Program-made: the position numbers and the translations under genes
Assembly (NCBI RefSeq): GCF_016903815.1
Contig: NZ_CP069973.1
Source of the DNA: Escherichia coli
Lineage (GTDB): Bacteria > Pseudomonadota > Gammaproteobacteria > Enterobacterales > Enterobacteriaceae
Length of the DNA: 64,000 nucleotides
Strand: one strand, 5' to 3'
Notes under the pieces: model-generated
What the model was told of the DNA's origin: nothing
The model's input: only the letters and a program-made list of their open reading frames with translations
The model's database searches: none
Part shown: piece by piece, positions 48,528 through 61,135 of the stretch
Position numbering within the stretch: position 1 is the first letter of the stretch
Layout: the number at the start of each line of letters is the position of its first letter

Positions 48528-49829
48528 CTATTTAACGCGCGAGAAAAGTACCATCGATTCCAGATGTCCCGTGTGTGGGAACATATCCAGCATCGCCAGT
48601 CGCGCAATGGTATATCCTGCTTTTAATAACGCTTCGCTATCCCGAGCCAGCGTTGCAGGGTTACAGGATACATAAACTATACGAATAGGTTCCAGTTTTA
48701 TAATTTGCTGCATAACACCTGCGGCACCTGCTCGCGCCGGGTCCAGCAACACTTTATCGAAGCCGTTTTTCGCCCACGGCTGCTTTGTGACATCTTCTTC
48801 AAGATTTTCGTGATAAAACGTCACATTGTGTAAGCCATTAAGACGCGCATTCTGCTGGCCTTTTTCCACCAGCGCCGGAACGCCTTCTACACCCACCACA
48901 CTGGCAGCTTGTGTCGCCAATGGCAGTGTAAAGTTGCCCATACCGCAGAACAGATCCAGTACGCGATCTTCAGGTTGCACATCCAGCCATTCCAACGCAC
49001 GCGCTACCATTTTTTGGTTCACACCCGCATTGACCTGAATAAAATCGCGCGGGCTAAAAGTTAAGCGCAACCCGTTTGAGTCATACCAGGGCATCTCACC
49101 AGCGACGGTTTCGAGTATCTCACTATCGGGGGCGAGATACAGATCCAGGCCTTCAGAATGCGAAAAGCGTTCCAGTTTTTCGCGATCAGCCGAACTTAGC
49201 GGTGCGGTATGGCGCAAAATCATCAGCGTGCCGCTGGTTGCCTGTACCAGTTCAACATGACCAAGATGGCGCATAGCTTGTAAGCTGTCCAGGCATGCCC
49301 TGACTTTGGGCAGCAATGCTTCAAGTTGGGGCACTAAAATGGGGCATTGTTTAACGTCGACAATGTCACTGGAGCCCGCTTTGCGAAACCCCATCTGAAG
49401 TTGCTGTGTTTTCGGTAAGTAGTTCAAACTTAAACGCGCGCGACGGCGATAGCCCCAGGGAACATCGGCGATCACTTCAGAGACTTCGTGTTTCATTAAT
49501 CGGGCGAGTGCCGCACTTTTGCTTCGCTGCTGTAAATCCACGCTGGCGTGTTGTTGCTGACAGCCGCCGCATACGCCAAAATGAGGGCAGCGTGGCGTTT
49601 CGCGTTCCGGGTTATCGCTTAACCGGCGCACGACTTTAGCGCGAGCGTACTGTTTTTTATCTTCAGTAACAGTAACTTCCGCGTTTTCCTGTGGCAGTAA
49701 TCCAGGAATAAATAACGCTTTGCCGTTATGTCGCGCCACGCCCTGACCAAAAGAGTCGAGGTCGTTGACTGAAACAGTTATGATCTGACGCGTCGTCGTG
49801 CGTCGTTTTGCAGAGTAGAATTGCGCCAT
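48528..49829 (-). CDS. rlmD: 23S rRNA (uracil1939-C5)-methyltransferase RlmD (RumA)
   Basis: 433-aa ORF with N-terminal TRAM domain, Fe-S cysteines ([11 protein letters not shown]) and SAM-MTase core. Confidence 0.93.
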   Translation of the reverse strand: MAQFYSAKRRTTTRQIITVSVNDLDSFGQGVARHNGKALFIPGLLPQENAEVTVTEDKKQYARAKVVRRLSDNPERETPRCPHFGVCGGCQQQHASVDLQQRSKSAALARLMKHEVSEVIADVPWGYRRRARLSLNYLPKTQQLQMGFRKAGSSDIVDVKQCPILVPQLEALLPKVRACLDSLQAMRHLGHVELVQATSGTLMILRHTAPLSSADREKLERFSHSEGLDLYLAPDSEILETVAGEMPWYDSNGLRLTFSPRDFIQVNAGVNQKMVARALEWLDVQPEDRVLDLFCGMGNFTLPLATQAASVVGVEGVPALVEKGQQNARLNGLHNVTFYHENLEEDVTKQPWAKNGFDKVLLDPARAGAAGVMQQIIKLEPIRIVYVSCNPATLARDSEALLKAGYTIARLAMLDMFPHTGHLESMVLFSRVK

Positions 49830-49885
49830 TGGCGAGACTTTCTCAATTTAACAGTGTGACCTTAATTGTCCCATAACGGAACTCC

Positions 49886-52642
49886 ATGACCAACTACAGC
49901 CTGCGCGCACGCATGATGATTCTGATCCTGGCACCGACCGTCCTTATTGGTTTATTGCTGAGTATCTTTTTCGTTGTGCATCGCTATAACGACTTGCAGC
50001 GTCAACTGGAAGATGCCGGAGCCAGCATTATTGAGCCGCTTGCAGTTTCTACTGAATATGGCATGAGCCTGCAAAATCGCGAATCTATCGGTCAGTTAAT
50101 AAGCGTACTGCATCGTCGCCATTCCGATATTGTTCGCGCGATTTCGGTTTATGATGAAAATAACCGACTCTTTGTCACCTCCAATTTTCATCTTGATCCT
50201 TCATCAATGCAGCTCGGCAGCAACGTGCCGTTTCCTCGCCAGCTCACTGTCACTCGTGACGGCGATATTATGATCCTCCGCACGCCGATTATTTCTGAGA
50301 GTTACTCCCCCGACGAATCGCCCAGTAGCGATGCCAAAAATAGTCAAAATATGCTGGGATATATTGCGCTGGAGCTGGATCTTAAATCGGTTCGCTTGCA
50401 GCAATATAAAGAGATCTTTATTTCCAGCGTGATGATGCTGTTTTGTATCGGTATTGCGCTTATTTTTGGCTGGCGCTTAATGCGCGATGTAACCGGTCCG
50501 ATTCGCAACATGGTGAATACCGTCGACCGCATCCGTCGCGGGCAACTCGACAGCCGGGTGGAAGGATTTATGCTCGGCGAGCTGGATATGCTGAAAAACG
50601 GTATCAACTCGATGGCAATGTCGCTGGCTGCTTATCACGAAGAGATGCAGCATAATATCGACCAGGCGACGTCCGATCTGCGTGAAACGCTGGAGCAGAT
50701 GGAAATTCAGAACGTTGAGTTGGATCTGGCGAAAAAGCGCGCCCAGGAAGCGGCGCGTATTAAATCCGAGTTTCTGGCAAATATGTCACACGAGCTGCGT
50801 ACACCACTGAATGGTGTTATTGGCTTTACCCGCCTGACGCTGAAAACAGAATTAACACCAACGCAGCGCGATCACCTGAATACGATTGAACGTTCGGCAA
50901 ATAATTTGCTGGCAATTATTAATGATGTTCTCGACTTCTCGAAACTGGAAGCAGGTAAGCTGATTCTGGAAAGTATTCCATTCCCACTACGCAGCACGCT
51001 GGATGAAGTCGTTACCCTGCTGGCACATTCTTCTCACGATAAAGGGTTGGAACTGACGCTCAATATTAAGAGCGACGTGCCCGATAACGTGATCGGCGAC
51101 CCACTGCGATTACAGCAAATCATCACTAACCTGGTGGGGAATGCAATTAAATTCACCGAGAATGGCAACATTGATATTCTGGTAGAAAAACGTGCGCTGA
51201 GTAATACCAAAGTGCAGATTGAAGTGCAGATTCGGGATACCGGCATTGGTATTCCTGAACGCGATCAATCGCGCTTATTCCAGGCCTTCCGACAGGCTGA
51301 TGCCAGTATTTCCCGCCGTCATGGTGGTACCGGGCTGGGGCTGGTGATTACACAAAAACTGGTTAATGAAATGGGCGGCGATATTTCGTTCCATAGCCAG
51401 CCGAATCGCGGTTCAACTTTCTGGTTCCACATTAATCTCGATCTGAATCCGAACATTATTATCGAAGGGCCATCCACCCAGTGCCTCGCCGGCAAGCGCC
51501 TGGCCTATGTCGAACCAAACTCCGCAGCAGCGCAATGCACGCTGGATATTTTAAGTGAAACGCCGCTGGAAGTGGTTTATAGCCCAACGTTCTCCGCGCT
51601 GCCTCCCGCGCATTACGACATGATGTTGTTAGGCATCGCGGTGACCTTCCGCGAGCCGCTAACAATGCAACATGAGCGATTAGCGAAAGCAGTATCGATG
51701 ACCGATTTTCTCATGCTGGCACTTCCTTGCCATGCACAAGTCAATGCTGAAAAACTTAAGCAAGATGGTATCGGCGCGTGTCTGCTGAAACCATTAACAC
51801 CTACGCGCCTGTTACCTGCCCTGACGGAATTTTGTCATCACAAACAAAACACGCTTTTGCCTGTAACCGATGAAAGTAAGCTGGCAATGACAGTCATGGC
51901 GGTTGATGACAACCCCGCTAACCTGAAACTTATCGGCGCATTGCTGGAAGATATGGTGCAACATGTGGAACTTTGCGATAGCGGGCATCAGGCGGTTGAA
52001 CGGGCGAAACAGATGCCGTTCGATTTGATCTTAATGGATATTCAAATGCCGGACATGGACGGTATTCGGGCCTGCGAACTCATCCACCAGCTCCCCCATC
52101 AGCAACAAACGCCGGTTATCGCGGTAACGGCGCATGCAATGGCCGGGCAAAAAGAGAAGCTGCTTGGCGCAGGGATGAGCGATTATCTGGCGAAACCGAT
52201 TGAAGAAGAACGATTGCATAATTTGCTGTTGCGCTACAAGCCTGGCAGCGGTATTTCCTCTCGCGTCGTGACGCCCGAAGTCAACGAAATTGTGGTGAAC
52301 CCGAATGCGACCCTCGACTGGCAACTGGCACTACGCCAGGCAGCAGGAAAAACCGATTTAGCGCGCGATATGCTGCAAATGTTACTCGATTTCCTGCCTG
52401 AAGTTCGCAACAAAGTTGAGGAACAGCTGGTTGGAGAAAACCCGGAAGGCCTGGTTGATTTGATTCATAAACTGCATGGCAGTTGCGGCTATAGCGGTGT
52501 GCCGCGTATGAAGAATCTCTGCCAACTGATCGAACAACAGCTACGTAGCGGTACTAAAGAAGAAGATTTGGAGCCGGAGCTGCTGGAACTGTTAGACGAG
52601 ATGGATAATGTAGCGCGCGAAGCCAGCAAAATTCTCGGGTAA
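49886..52642 (+). CDS. barA: Hybrid sensor histidine kinase BarA (HAMP, HisKA/HATPase, receiver, HPt)
   Basis: 918-aa ORF with H-box (SHELRTPLN), receiver Asp region and C-terminal HPt; recognised as BarA. Confidence 0.96.
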
Positions 52643-52716
52643 CGGACGTCTTGTCGAGTAGCAATCGGCTTTTTATGACGCTGGTTTCAGATTGGTGACA
52701 AGGTGCCTGTGTTTAT

Positions 52717-52751
52717 GCCGGATGCGGCGTTAACGCCTTATCCGGCCTACA
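52717..52751. repeat. REP element
   Basis: gccggatgcggcgttaacgccttatccggcctaca downstream of barA; matches the REP consensus. Confidence 0.75.
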
Positions 52752-52834
52752 AAACCAATTAAATTCAATAAATTAAAAAGTATGTTGGCCTGATACGTAG
52801 CGCAACAGGCAATTTTGCGTTTGGTATCAGTCTC

Positions 52835-52868
52835 AAACCGGCTCCTGAAAGAGCCGGTTTTGGTTTTC
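52835..52868. terminator. Probable bidirectional rho-independent terminator between convergent barA and gudD
   Basis: Hairpin aaaccggctc-ctgaaa-gagccggttt flanked by a T-run (plus strand) and an A-run. Confidence 0.6.
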
Positions 52869-52872
52869 TGTC

Positions 52873-54213
52873 TTAACGCACCATGCACGGGCGCTTGTTA
52901 TCAAACGTCCAGCCAGGAATCAGATACTGCATTCCCATCGCATCGTCTCGCGCACCAAGCCCGTGTTTCTGATACAGCTCGTGGGCTTTCATCACCTGAT
53001 CCATATCGATTTCTACGCCCAATCCTGGTTTTTGCGGCACCTGTACCAGCCCGCCTTTGATCTCAAACGGTTCTTTGGTCAGACGCTGATTGCCTTCCTG
53101 CCAGATCCAGTGCGTATCAATAGCAGTAATTTTACCCGGTGCAGCAGCGGCTACATGGGTAAACATCGCCAGGGAAATATCGAAGTGGTTGTTAGAGTGT
53201 GAACCCCAGGTCAGGCCAAATTCATGGCACATTTGCGCCACACGTACCGAACCTTGCATCGTCCAGAAATGCGGATCCGCCAGCGGGATATCAACGGATT
53301 GTAACGAGAGCGTATGGCCCATCTGCCGCCAGTCGGTGGCGATCATATTGGTTGCGGTCGGCAGGCCAGTCGCGCGACGGAACTCCGCCATCACTTCACG
53401 CCCGGAGAAACCTTGCTCCGCACCACACGGATCTTCTGCATAAGCCAGCGAACCTTTCAGGTATTTACCGATTTTAATCGCTTCGTTCAGCGACCAGGCA
53501 CCGTTAGGATCGAGGGTAATACGCGCCTGTGGGAAGCGTTGCGCCAGTGCCACAATAGATTCTGCTTCTTCTTCCCCGGCCAGTACACCGCCCTTCAGTT
53601 TGAAATCGTTGAAGCCATATTTTTCATATGCCGCTTCCGCCAGGCGCACCACCGCATCCGGCGTCATCGCTTCTTCGTGACGCAGGCGATACCAGTCACA
53701 TTTATCATCCGGCTGGCTTTGATACGGCAGCGGTGTGGCTTTGCGATTACCGACGAAGAACAGATAACCGAGCATTTCGACTTCGCTACGCTGTTGACCA
53801 TCGCCCAGCAGCGATGCCACGTTAACCCCCAGATGCTGCCCCAGCAGATCCAGCATTGCCGCTTCTATCCCGGTAACTACATGAATAGTGGTCCGCAGGT
53901 CAAATGTCTGCAAACCGCGCCCACCGGCATCACGATCGGCAAATGTATTACGCACCAGCGTCAGAACGTTTTTGTATTCACCCAGCGTTTTACCCACCAC
54001 CAGCGGAATCGCATCTTCCAGCGTTTTACGGATTTTCTCGCCGCCGGGAATTTCCCCTACGCCAGTGTGACCAGAATTATCTTTGATAATCACAATATTA
54101 CGCGTGAAGAACGGTGCGTGTGCACCACTCAGATTCATCAGCATACTGTCATGGCCCGCCACCGGGATGACCTGCATTTCAGTAACAACAGGCGTCGTAA
54201 ATTGAGAACTCAT
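52873..54213 (-). CDS. gudD: Glucarate dehydratase
   Basis: Track ORF 52873..54237 trimmed to [22 protein letters not shown]..., about 446 aa; enolase-superfamily. Confidence 0.93.
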   Translation of the reverse strand: MSSQFTTPVVTEMQVIPVAGHDSMLMNLSGAHAPFFTRNIVIIKDNSGHTGVGEIPGGEKIRKTLEDAIPLVVGKTLGEYKNVLTLVRNTFADRDAGGRGLQTFDLRTTIHVVTGIEAAMLDLLGQHLGVNVASLLGDGQQRSEVEMLGYLFFVGNRKATPLPYQSQPDDKCDWYRLRHEEAMTPDAVVRLAEAAYEKYGFNDFKLKGGVLAGEEEAESIVALAQRFPQARITLDPNGAWSLNEAIKIGKYLKGSLAYAEDPCGAEQGFSGREVMAEFRRATGLPTATNMIATDWRQMGHTLSLQSVDIPLADPHFWTMQGSVRVAQMCHEFGLTWGSHSNNHFDISLAMFTHVAAAAPGKITAIDTHWIWQEGNQRLTKEPFEIKGGLVQVPQKPGLGVEIDMDQVMKAHELYQKHGLGARDDAMGMQYLIPGWTFDNKRPCMVR

Positions 54214-54233
54214 ATTTATGTCCTTTTTCAAAA

Positions 54234-55574
54234 TCAATGACGGCCGAAAACGGGACGTTTACGGTCAAAGGTCCAGCCGGGGATCAGGTACTGCATCGGG
54301 CCCGCGTCGTTACGCGCACCGCCAGGCAGACGTTTATAGGCCTCATGCGCCTTTTGTACCTGCTCCCAGTCCAGTTCCACGCCCAGACCGGGCGCATCAG
54401 GAACGGCAATTTTTCCGTTTTTAATCTCCAGCGGATTTTTGGTCAGGCGACAATCGCCCTCCTGCCAAATCCAGTGGGTATCGATAGCGGTAGGATTACC
54501 CGGTGCCGCCGCACCCACATGGGTAAACATCGCCAGAGAGATATCAAAGTGGTTATTGGAATGGCAGCCCCAGGTCAGCCCCCAGTCGTCGCAAAGCTGC
54601 GACACGCGGACTGCACCGGAAAGCGTCCAGAAGTGCGGATCGGCAAGTGGAATATCTACCGCATTGAGCATCACCGCATGGCCCATTTCGCGCCAGTTGG
54701 TGGCGATCATGTTAGTCGCGACGGGCAAGCCGGTCGCCCGTCGAAACTCCGCCATCACTTCACGTCCGGAGAAACCCTGTTCTGCGCCACATGGATCTTC
54801 GGCATAGGTGAGAACATCATTCAGCCCTTTGCACAGAGAAATAGCTTCATCAAGCAGCCATGCTCCGTTGGGATCAACGGTAATCCGCGCATCCGGGAAG
54901 CGTTTCTTCAATGCACGAACAGTGTCGATTTCTTGCTCGCCAGGTAACACGCCGCCCTTAAGTTTGAAATCTTTAAAGCCATAGCGATCCTGTGAAGCTT
55001 CCGCCAGACGCACAACGGCTTCGCTGTTCATCGCTTTCTGATGCCGCAATTGATACCACTCATGGTTGCCCGGCGTATTTTCCAGATAAGGAAGATCGGT
55101 TTTGGTCCGATCACCGATATAAAACAGATAACCGAGGACGGTAATAGCATCGCGTTGCTTGCCTGGCCCTAACAGTTCGCAGACCGGAACATTCAGCGCC
55201 TTACCTAGCAGGTCAAGCAAGGCGGCTTCCAGCGCCGCCACGGCATTAACGCGCAATTCAAAAGTCCAGGCACCTTTGCCGAAGGTATCAAAATCGGCTG
55301 CCTGATTACCTTTATGCACCTGCTGAACCACTTTATTCAGTCGTGCGATCTCCTGGCCCAACACCATCGGAATAGCATCGACCAGTGTTTGATAAATCAC
55401 CTCTCCGCCTGGCGCTTCACCAATGCCGGAATGTCCGGCATTATCGGTGAGTACCACGATATTGCGGGTGAAATATGCGTTATGTGCACCACCAATATTA
55501 AGCAACATGCTGTCATGCCCGGCCACCGGAATGACTTTCATATCAGTAATAACAGGACTGGATTGTGTCGTCAT
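54234..55574 (-). CDS. gudX: Glucarate dehydratase-related protein GudX (paralog of GudD)
   Basis: 446-aa ORF with high similarity to the adjacent gudD product (shared blocks such as [10 protein letters not shown] and LIPGWTFD). Confidence 0.93.
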   Translation of the reverse strand: MTTQSSPVITDMKVIPVAGHDSMLLNIGGAHNAYFTRNIVVLTDNAGHSGIGEAPGGEVIYQTLVDAIPMVLGQEIARLNKVVQQVHKGNQAADFDTFGKGAWTFELRVNAVAALEAALLDLLGKALNVPVCELLGPGKQRDAITVLGYLFYIGDRTKTDLPYLENTPGNHEWYQLRHQKAMNSEAVVRLAEASQDRYGFKDFKLKGGVLPGEQEIDTVRALKKRFPDARITVDPNGAWLLDEAISLCKGLNDVLTYAEDPCGAEQGFSGREVMAEFRRATGLPVATNMIATNWREMGHAVMLNAVDIPLADPHFWTLSGAVRVSQLCDDWGLTWGCHSNNHFDISLAMFTHVGAAAPGNPTAIDTHWIWQEGDCRLTKNPLEIKNGKIAVPDAPGLGVELDWEQVQKAHEAYKRLPGGARNDAGPMQYLIPGWTFDRKRPVFGRH

Positions 55575-55575
55575 C

Positions 55576-56928
55576 TTATTGCCCCGCGACAGGTTTCAGC
55601 TCGATACGCTTGATATCGCCCACCAGCACCAGGTAGCTCAGCACCGCGATTAAGGCATGAACACCAACATAAATCAGCGCCCCATTAAACGAGCCAGTCG
55701 TGCCAACGATATAACCAATTGCGATTGGCGTGACGATGCCAGAAATGTTACCGAACATGTTGAACAGGCCACCGGAAAGACCGCTGATCTCTTTTGGCGC
55801 GGTATCTGCCATTACTGCCCAACCCAGCGCCCCGATGCCCTTACCGAAGAAGGCCAGCGCCATAAAACCGATGATCATCCACTCAACGTTGACGTAGTTG
55901 CAGAACACCATCACCATCGACAGCAACATGCCCATTACGATCGGTGTTTTACGCGCAATGTTCAGCGATCCCGTGCGGCGCATCAGCCAGTCGGAAATAA
56001 TCCCACCCAGCACACCGCCGATAAAACCGCAAACCGCCGGAACGGAAGCCACAAAGCCCGCTTTCAGAATCGACATCCCACGCGCCTGCACCAGATAAAC
56101 CGGAAACCAGGTAATGAAAAAGTAAGTCAGGGCGTTGATACAGTACTGACCGATATAAACGCCGATCATCATCCGTGACCCGAGCAGCTGTTTGATCTGC
56201 CCCCACTTCACGCTGAACGGCACTTTAACTTTGGTATTTTGCTGATCCATATTGATCAGCGCGCCACCCGCGGCGATGTACTCCAGCTCTTTCTGATTTA
56301 CACCCGGATGTTGATTTGGCTCGTGGATGACTTTCAACCAGATAAAGCTGATGACAATGCCCAGACCGCCCATAAAGAAGAAGACGTGTGACCAGCCCAC
56401 TTCATGCGTCAGCCAGCCCATAATCGGCGCGAAGATCACCGTTGCGAAGTATTGAGCGGAGTTAAAAATCGACACCGCCGTTCCCCTTTCCTGCGCCGGA
56501 AACCAGGCCGCAACAATGCGACTGTTGCCGGGGAAAGATGGCGCTTCAGCAAGCCCGACCAGGAAGCGCAGCGTAAACAGGGCAACGATAATGCCGAATC
56601 CACTAAAAATATCGACGAAGCCTTGCAGCAAGGTAAACATCGACCAGATAAAGATCGACCAGAAGTAGACGCGTTTTGAACCAAAACGATCCAGCAACCA
56701 ACCACCAGGGATCTGTCCGATAACATAAGCCCATGAGAAAGCAGAGAACACATAGCCCATTCCCACGGGATCAAGGCCGATATCTTTGGCCATTTCCGAA
56801 CCGGCAATAGAAAGCGTAGCGCGGTCGCCGTAGTTGAAGGATGTGACGATAAACAACATCACCACTATCCAGTAACGAGCATTTGTGCGTTTTTCCACAC
56901 TGCTCGCAGCCTGACTTAAAGAACTCAT
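55576..56928 (-). CDS. gudP: MFS glucarate/galactarate transporter
   Basis: 450-aa multi-pass ORF at the head of the gudPXD operon. Confidence 0.92.
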   Translation of the reverse strand: MSSLSQAASSVEKRTNARYWIVVMLFIVTSFNYGDRATLSIAGSEMAKDIGLDPVGMGYVFSAFSWAYVIGQIPGGWLLDRFGSKRVYFWSIFIWSMFTLLQGFVDIFSGFGIIVALFTLRFLVGLAEAPSFPGNSRIVAAWFPAQERGTAVSIFNSAQYFATVIFAPIMGWLTHEVGWSHVFFFMGGLGIVISFIWLKVIHEPNQHPGVNQKELEYIAAGGALINMDQQNTKVKVPFSVKWGQIKQLLGSRMMIGVYIGQYCINALTYFFITWFPVYLVQARGMSILKAGFVASVPAVCGFIGGVLGGIISDWLMRRTGSLNIARKTPIVMGMLLSMVMVFCNYVNVEWMIIGFMALAFFGKGIGALGWAVMADTAPKEISGLSGGLFNMFGNISGIVTPIAIGYIVGTTGSFNGALIYVGVHALIAVLSYLVLVGDIKRIELKPVAGQ

Positions 56929-57362
56929 TGTTGCACTCCTGAAAATTCGCGTTAGCCACGCTCACTCTGGACTGCGACATCGCCAGGAAATCAGAGGTGA
57001 CGTAGGGTGTTTTTTGCCGTTTTTATAGGTCGTTCGCCGAATACGGCGCGTGTTTATATCTGGCAATAGCAGTATAAAAAGCGCGCCATAGCGGCTCACC
57101 GTGCAACAACACAACATTAATGCGTTCAATGAGGCCCGATTTTGGCATTAGCCCTGGACGGTGGAATCCACTTCACGGAAATGAAAACAAGAACAAGAAA
57201 GGAAGGGTTAAAACGAAGAAATAAAGAAGAGTATGAAATGGATCGCTTGACTCCAGGCAAACGCCAGTAAAAATCCGCGCTATGAAGCAGTTTTTACTGG
57301 CATTTGCCTGAAAAGATTCGATTCAGCACCGCTAAAACGGCATTTACCGCTCGCTGAACGTA

Positions 57363-57812
57363 TCAGGACAACAGCGTGCCCCAATGTTCGACCCACGGAT
57401 TTGATTCCGTTTCCGGTTCCGGGTTCTCACTGGCGTCAATCAACAGCATTTCGCCAACCCGCTGAGCGCTCTGTTCCTGCAACAAGGCATCGAACTGTTT
57501 GCCGCCATTGCAGAAATTCACATAACTACTGTCGCCGAGCGCAATCACGCCATAACGCAGATTCGGCTGGAAGCCCAGACTATCTTTGATTCCCTGAAAG
57601 AGCGGCACAATGCTATCAGGAAGGTCGCCCTGCCCGGTCGTGGACGTAACCACCAGAACATACTTATCCTGATAGGGCAGCCAGTCGCTTAATTCAGGAT
57701 CTTCAAATACCGTTGCTTTGTGGCCCTGCGCGGTCAGAATTGCTTCCGCTTCTTCCGCCACTAACAGCGAATTTCCGTACATAGTGCCGACAAAAATACC
57801 AATTTCCGCCAT
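57363..57812 (-). CDS. yqcA: Flavodoxin YqcA
   Basis: 149-aa ORF with flavodoxin-like fold ([15 protein letters not shown]...). Confidence 0.88.
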   Translation of the reverse strand: MAEIGIFVGTMYGNSLLVAEEAEAILTAQGHKATVFEDPELSDWLPYQDKYVLVVTSTTGQGDLPDSIVPLFQGIKDSLGFQPNLRYGVIALGDSSYVNFCNGGKQFDALLQEQSAQRVGEMLLIDASENPEPETESNPWVEHWGTLLS

Positions 57813-57829
57813 ACCGTTTTCTCCCTGGA

Positions 57830-58612
57830 TTAGGAACTTATCTCTCCATCCTGACCCGATGGCGCACTGAACTCAACCCTTTCATTTTCAGGAAGCAGAC
57901 CCCGCCAGCCAAATTGTGATAACGCCTGCATCCAGGTGTCGTCCAGGCCCGCGTGAATAGTCAGCGGCTCGCCAGTAAAAGGATGCGTCAATGACAACTG
58001 ACTGGCATGCAGCATTAACCGCTGAAGGCCAAAATGTTCAGCACCGCTGCGATTCTGGCGTAAATCACCATGTTTGCTGTCGCCAATAATCGGGTGGCGC
58101 AAATGGGCAAGATGGCGACGGAGCTGGTGCTTACGTCCAGTTTTCGGCTCCAGTTCCACCAGGCCGTAGCGCGTGGTCGGGTAACGTCCGGTCGCTATCG
58201 GCATTTCTACGGTCGCCAGACCGCGATAATGCGTCACTGCTGGCTGTGGGCCTTTATCTTCGCGGGCAAATTTATCAGCGATTTTGTCCAGTTCTTCCAC
58301 CAGTGGATAATCCAGAACTGCTTCTTCCATCAACCAGCCGCGCACAATCGCATGGTAACGTTTCTGGATTTGGTGCTGTTCAAACTGTTGTGCCAGCAGC
58401 CGTCCGGCCTCGCTGGATAATCCCATCAACAACACACCAGAAGTGGGTCGGTCCAGACGATGAGCAGTAAACACATGCTGGCCTATCTGGTCACGCACGG
58501 TTTGCATGACCACTACTTTCTCGTCGCGATCCAGCCAGCTGCGGTGAACCAGCCAGCCGGAGGGTTTATTTACCGCAACCAGCCATTCATCCTGATAGAG
58601 TATTTCCAGCAT
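57830..58612 (-). CDS. truC: tRNA pseudouridine(65) synthase TruC
   Basis: 260-aa RluA-family ORF ([12 protein letters not shown] motif). Confidence 0.92.
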   Translation of the reverse strand: MLEILYQDEWLVAVNKPSGWLVHRSWLDRDEKVVVMQTVRDQIGQHVFTAHRLDRPTSGVLLMGLSSEAGRLLAQQFEQHQIQKRYHAIVRGWLMEEAVLDYPLVEELDKIADKFAREDKGPQPAVTHYRGLATVEMPIATGRYPTTRYGLVELEPKTGRKHQLRRHLAHLRHPIIGDSKHGDLRQNRSGAEHFGLQRLMLHASQLSLTHPFTGEPLTIHAGLDDTWMQALSQFGWRGLLPENERVEFSAPSGQDGEISS

Positions 58613-58941
58613 TAGCTCGCATCATCCGCAAAAAGAGCATCCAGTTTTTCCAGCTCAGCCAGAATAAGCGCGCGTTGCGGGTGGTCCGTCGCCAGCGCCA
58701 TTTCATAATAGGGTGCAACGGCAAAAGCGCCCGGTAACGGCTGGTTGTTATCTAACAAATCGTGCATTCGCGGGATCAGCACCCACTGCAACCACTCCAG
58801 TGGTTCCATGGTGTCCATAAAGAACGGTTGGGTACTGTTAAATTGATGCGGCTGGGGTTCATCGTTTTGCCAGTGCTGATGTTCACGCAGTAATGCTTCA
58901 AGCGCCTGCAGCTGGAGACGAACGCGGTCATGAGTGGTCAT
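58612..58941 (-). CDS. yqcC: DUF446-family protein YqcC
   Basis: 109-aa ORF; stop overlaps truC start; conserved synteny. Confidence 0.85.
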   Translation of the reverse strand: MTTHDRVRLQLQALEALLREHQHWQNDEPQPHQFNSTQPFFMDTMEPLEWLQWVLIPRMHDLLDNNQPLPGAFAVAPYYEMALATDHPQRALILAELEKLDALFADDAS

Positions 58942-58986
58942 AAAGCAACCTCAATAAGAAAAACTGCCGCGAAGGATAGCAGGAAT

Positions 58987-59352
58987 AAAAAAAGGGAGCA
59001 CTGTATTCACAGTGCTCCCGGTTCGTTTCGCAGCATTCCAGCTACTTTTGTTGCTCCCTGCTCATCCTTGACAACTTTTCCTCTGGCCTTGCGGCCAATC
59101 GTTCATCCTGAACTATTGCTTCCTGCTCACACCACCCCGATGTGATACTTCATCCTGAAGTGTCCCTGGCCTTCCTGACCCACCGAATCATCCTGACCGG
59201 TTCTCATTCTCCATCCTGGAGGTGTCCTTTAACGCGTCCTGCGTCATCCTCTTCGCTTCATCCAGAAGCCTTTCCCTGAAACACCATCCTGGTGTGTCCT
59301 TCAGAAGTGTCATCATCCTGATGTTCACTTCGTTGTCTGACTCCCTGTCGAC
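58987..59352 (-). ncRNA. csrB: CsrB small RNA (CsrA-sequestering sRNA)
   Basis: About 365-nt non-coding region on the minus strand carrying about 18 GGA motifs, many as CAGGAUG (plus-strand catcctg). 3' terminator hairpin gggagcactg...cagtgctccc plus U-run at ~58987..59019. 5' end approximate. Confidence 0.85.
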
Positions 59353-59562
59353 GAAGATAGAATCGTCTTTTTCGCGAAGACTTACAAGGCGCTTACAGAC
59401 AATGCCTTAAGGAAAATTTCATATGAAAGTTAAGAATTGACAAGCAATATATTGATTTTAAATGAAAATAACGATTCTTATCTTTTTAAGTATTCGCTTA
59501 TTTCCTGGCGATCTCCTACAGAGTCTGTAAGAGATCTCTCACAACCAGATGGGGTATTTGGA

Positions 59563-60108
59563 TTACAGAAGAGGCTTAAGTTGATTAAGGAATTCCGCAA
59601 GATTTGAGGCTAAATGCGTCCGTTTACGTGTTCCCAGCGTCTCTTTGCACACTTCACCGGAGAGATTACACACCGAGATGACCTCTAACTCTTCTTCCAG
59701 CGTCGCGATAAATAGCGTGGGCGGCAGTTTTAGCCTTTTCTGAGTCACCAGATGACCAATCAGATTTTCCTGCACCCGACGGAAATCGTCTTCACTCCAG
59801 GTTTGCAGCAATGTCAGTTTGATATCGCCAAACTGCGCGTGCATATCCCCGGCAAACTGAGTCGTATAAAAGGTATGAATCGTGGGTTGTATCACAATAT
59901 CAAAAGCGCGTTCAACCGCGTTTACATTTTGTTCCCCGGTAAACGGCTGGGGTTGCCAGTATACGGCATCTTCGGTAGTTGAAATAATGCACGGTGAAGG
60001 AACGCCGTACAGTTCCTCACTCAACGGCCAGCTTTTATGCTCTTCATGCCACGCATCGCAGTAACATGCAGTAAAATCTTTCAGGGCTTGTGCGGTCAAA
60101 TCGTCCAC
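59563..60108 (-). CDS. syd: SecY-interacting protein Syd
   Basis: 181-aa ORF recognised as Syd; conserved synteny next to queF. Confidence 0.9.
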   Translation of the reverse strand: MDDLTAQALKDFTACYCDAWHEEHKSWPLSEELYGVPSPCIISTTEDAVYWQPQPFTGEQNVNAVERAFDIVIQPTIHTFYTTQFAGDMHAQFGDIKLTLLQTWSEDDFRRVQENLIGHLVTQKRLKLPPTLFIATLEEELEVISVCNLSGEVCKETLGTRKRTHLASNLAEFLNQLKPLL

Positions 60109-60175
60109 TAATTTCTCTCTTCACTTAAACCAGATACACTTGTCGTTTAGTTTATCTGGTTTATGACGGTGAAAC

Positions 60176-61024
60176 ATGTCTTCTTATGCAAACCATCAGG
60201 CACTTGCGGGCCTGACTCTTGGAAAATCAACCGATTACCGGGATACCTATGACGCCAGCCTACTGCAAGGCGTTCCGCGTAGTCTGAATCGCGATCCGCT
60301 GGGTCTGAAAGCGGATAACCTGCCTTTTCACGGTACGGATATCTGGACGCTATATGAACTTTCCTGGCTGAATGCGAAAGGTTTGCCGCAGGTCGCCGTC
60401 GGTCATGTTGAACTTGATTACACCAGCGCAAATCTGATTGAGTCGAAGAGTTTTAAGCTCTATCTCAACAGTTTTAACCAGACGCGTTTTAATAACTGGG
60501 ATGAGGTGCGCCAGACGCTGGAGCGCGACTTAAGCACTTGCGCTCAGGGTAAGATTAGCGTGGCGTTATATCGTCTTGATGAACTGGAAGGCCAGCCGAT
60601 AGGTCATTTTAATGGCACTTGCATTGATGACCAGGATATCACTATCGATAACTATGAATTCACTACTGACTATCTGGAGAATGCCACCTGTGGTGAAAAA
60701 GTAGTGGAAGAGACGCTTGTCAGCCACCTGCTGAAATCAAACTGCCTGATCACCCATCAACCAGATTGGGGTTCGATCCAAATTCAGTATCGTGGACGCC
60801 AAATTGACAGAGAAAAACTGCTGCGTTACCTGGTCTCATTCCGTCATCACAACGAGTTCCACGAACAGTGCGTGGAACGCATCTTTAATGACCTGTTACG
60901 CTTCTGCCAGCCAGAAAAATTGAGCGTTTACGCACGTTATACCCGTCGTGGCGGTCTGGACATTAACCCGTGGCGCAGTAATAGCGATTTTGTCCCATCG
61001 ACCACAAGACTGGTTCGGCAATAA
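60176..61024 (+). CDS. queF: NADPH-dependent 7-cyano-7-deazaguanine reductase
   Basis: 282-aa ORF recognised as QueF. Confidence 0.94.
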   Translation: MSSYANHQALAGLTLGKSTDYRDTYDASLLQGVPRSLNRDPLGLKADNLPFHGTDIWTLYELSWLNAKGLPQVAVGHVELDYTSANLIESKSFKLYLNSFNQTRFNNWDEVRQTLERDLSTCAQGKISVALYRLDELEGQPIGHFNGTCIDDQDITIDNYEFTTDYLENATCGEKVVEETLVSHLLKSNCLITHQPDWGSIQIQYRGRQIDREKLLRYLVSFRHHNEFHEQCVERIFNDLLRFCQPEKLSVYARYTRRGGLDINPWRSNSDFVPSTTRLVRQ

Positions 61025-61135
61025 ATTTTTTCTCAATTTTGCGTGCTGGATTCACGCAGAAGGTTGTGAAAGGTCATCAGGCAGGGCTATTGTAATCAAA
61101 GGGAATGACGATATTCGTCCCATAAGGAGTTTTTC

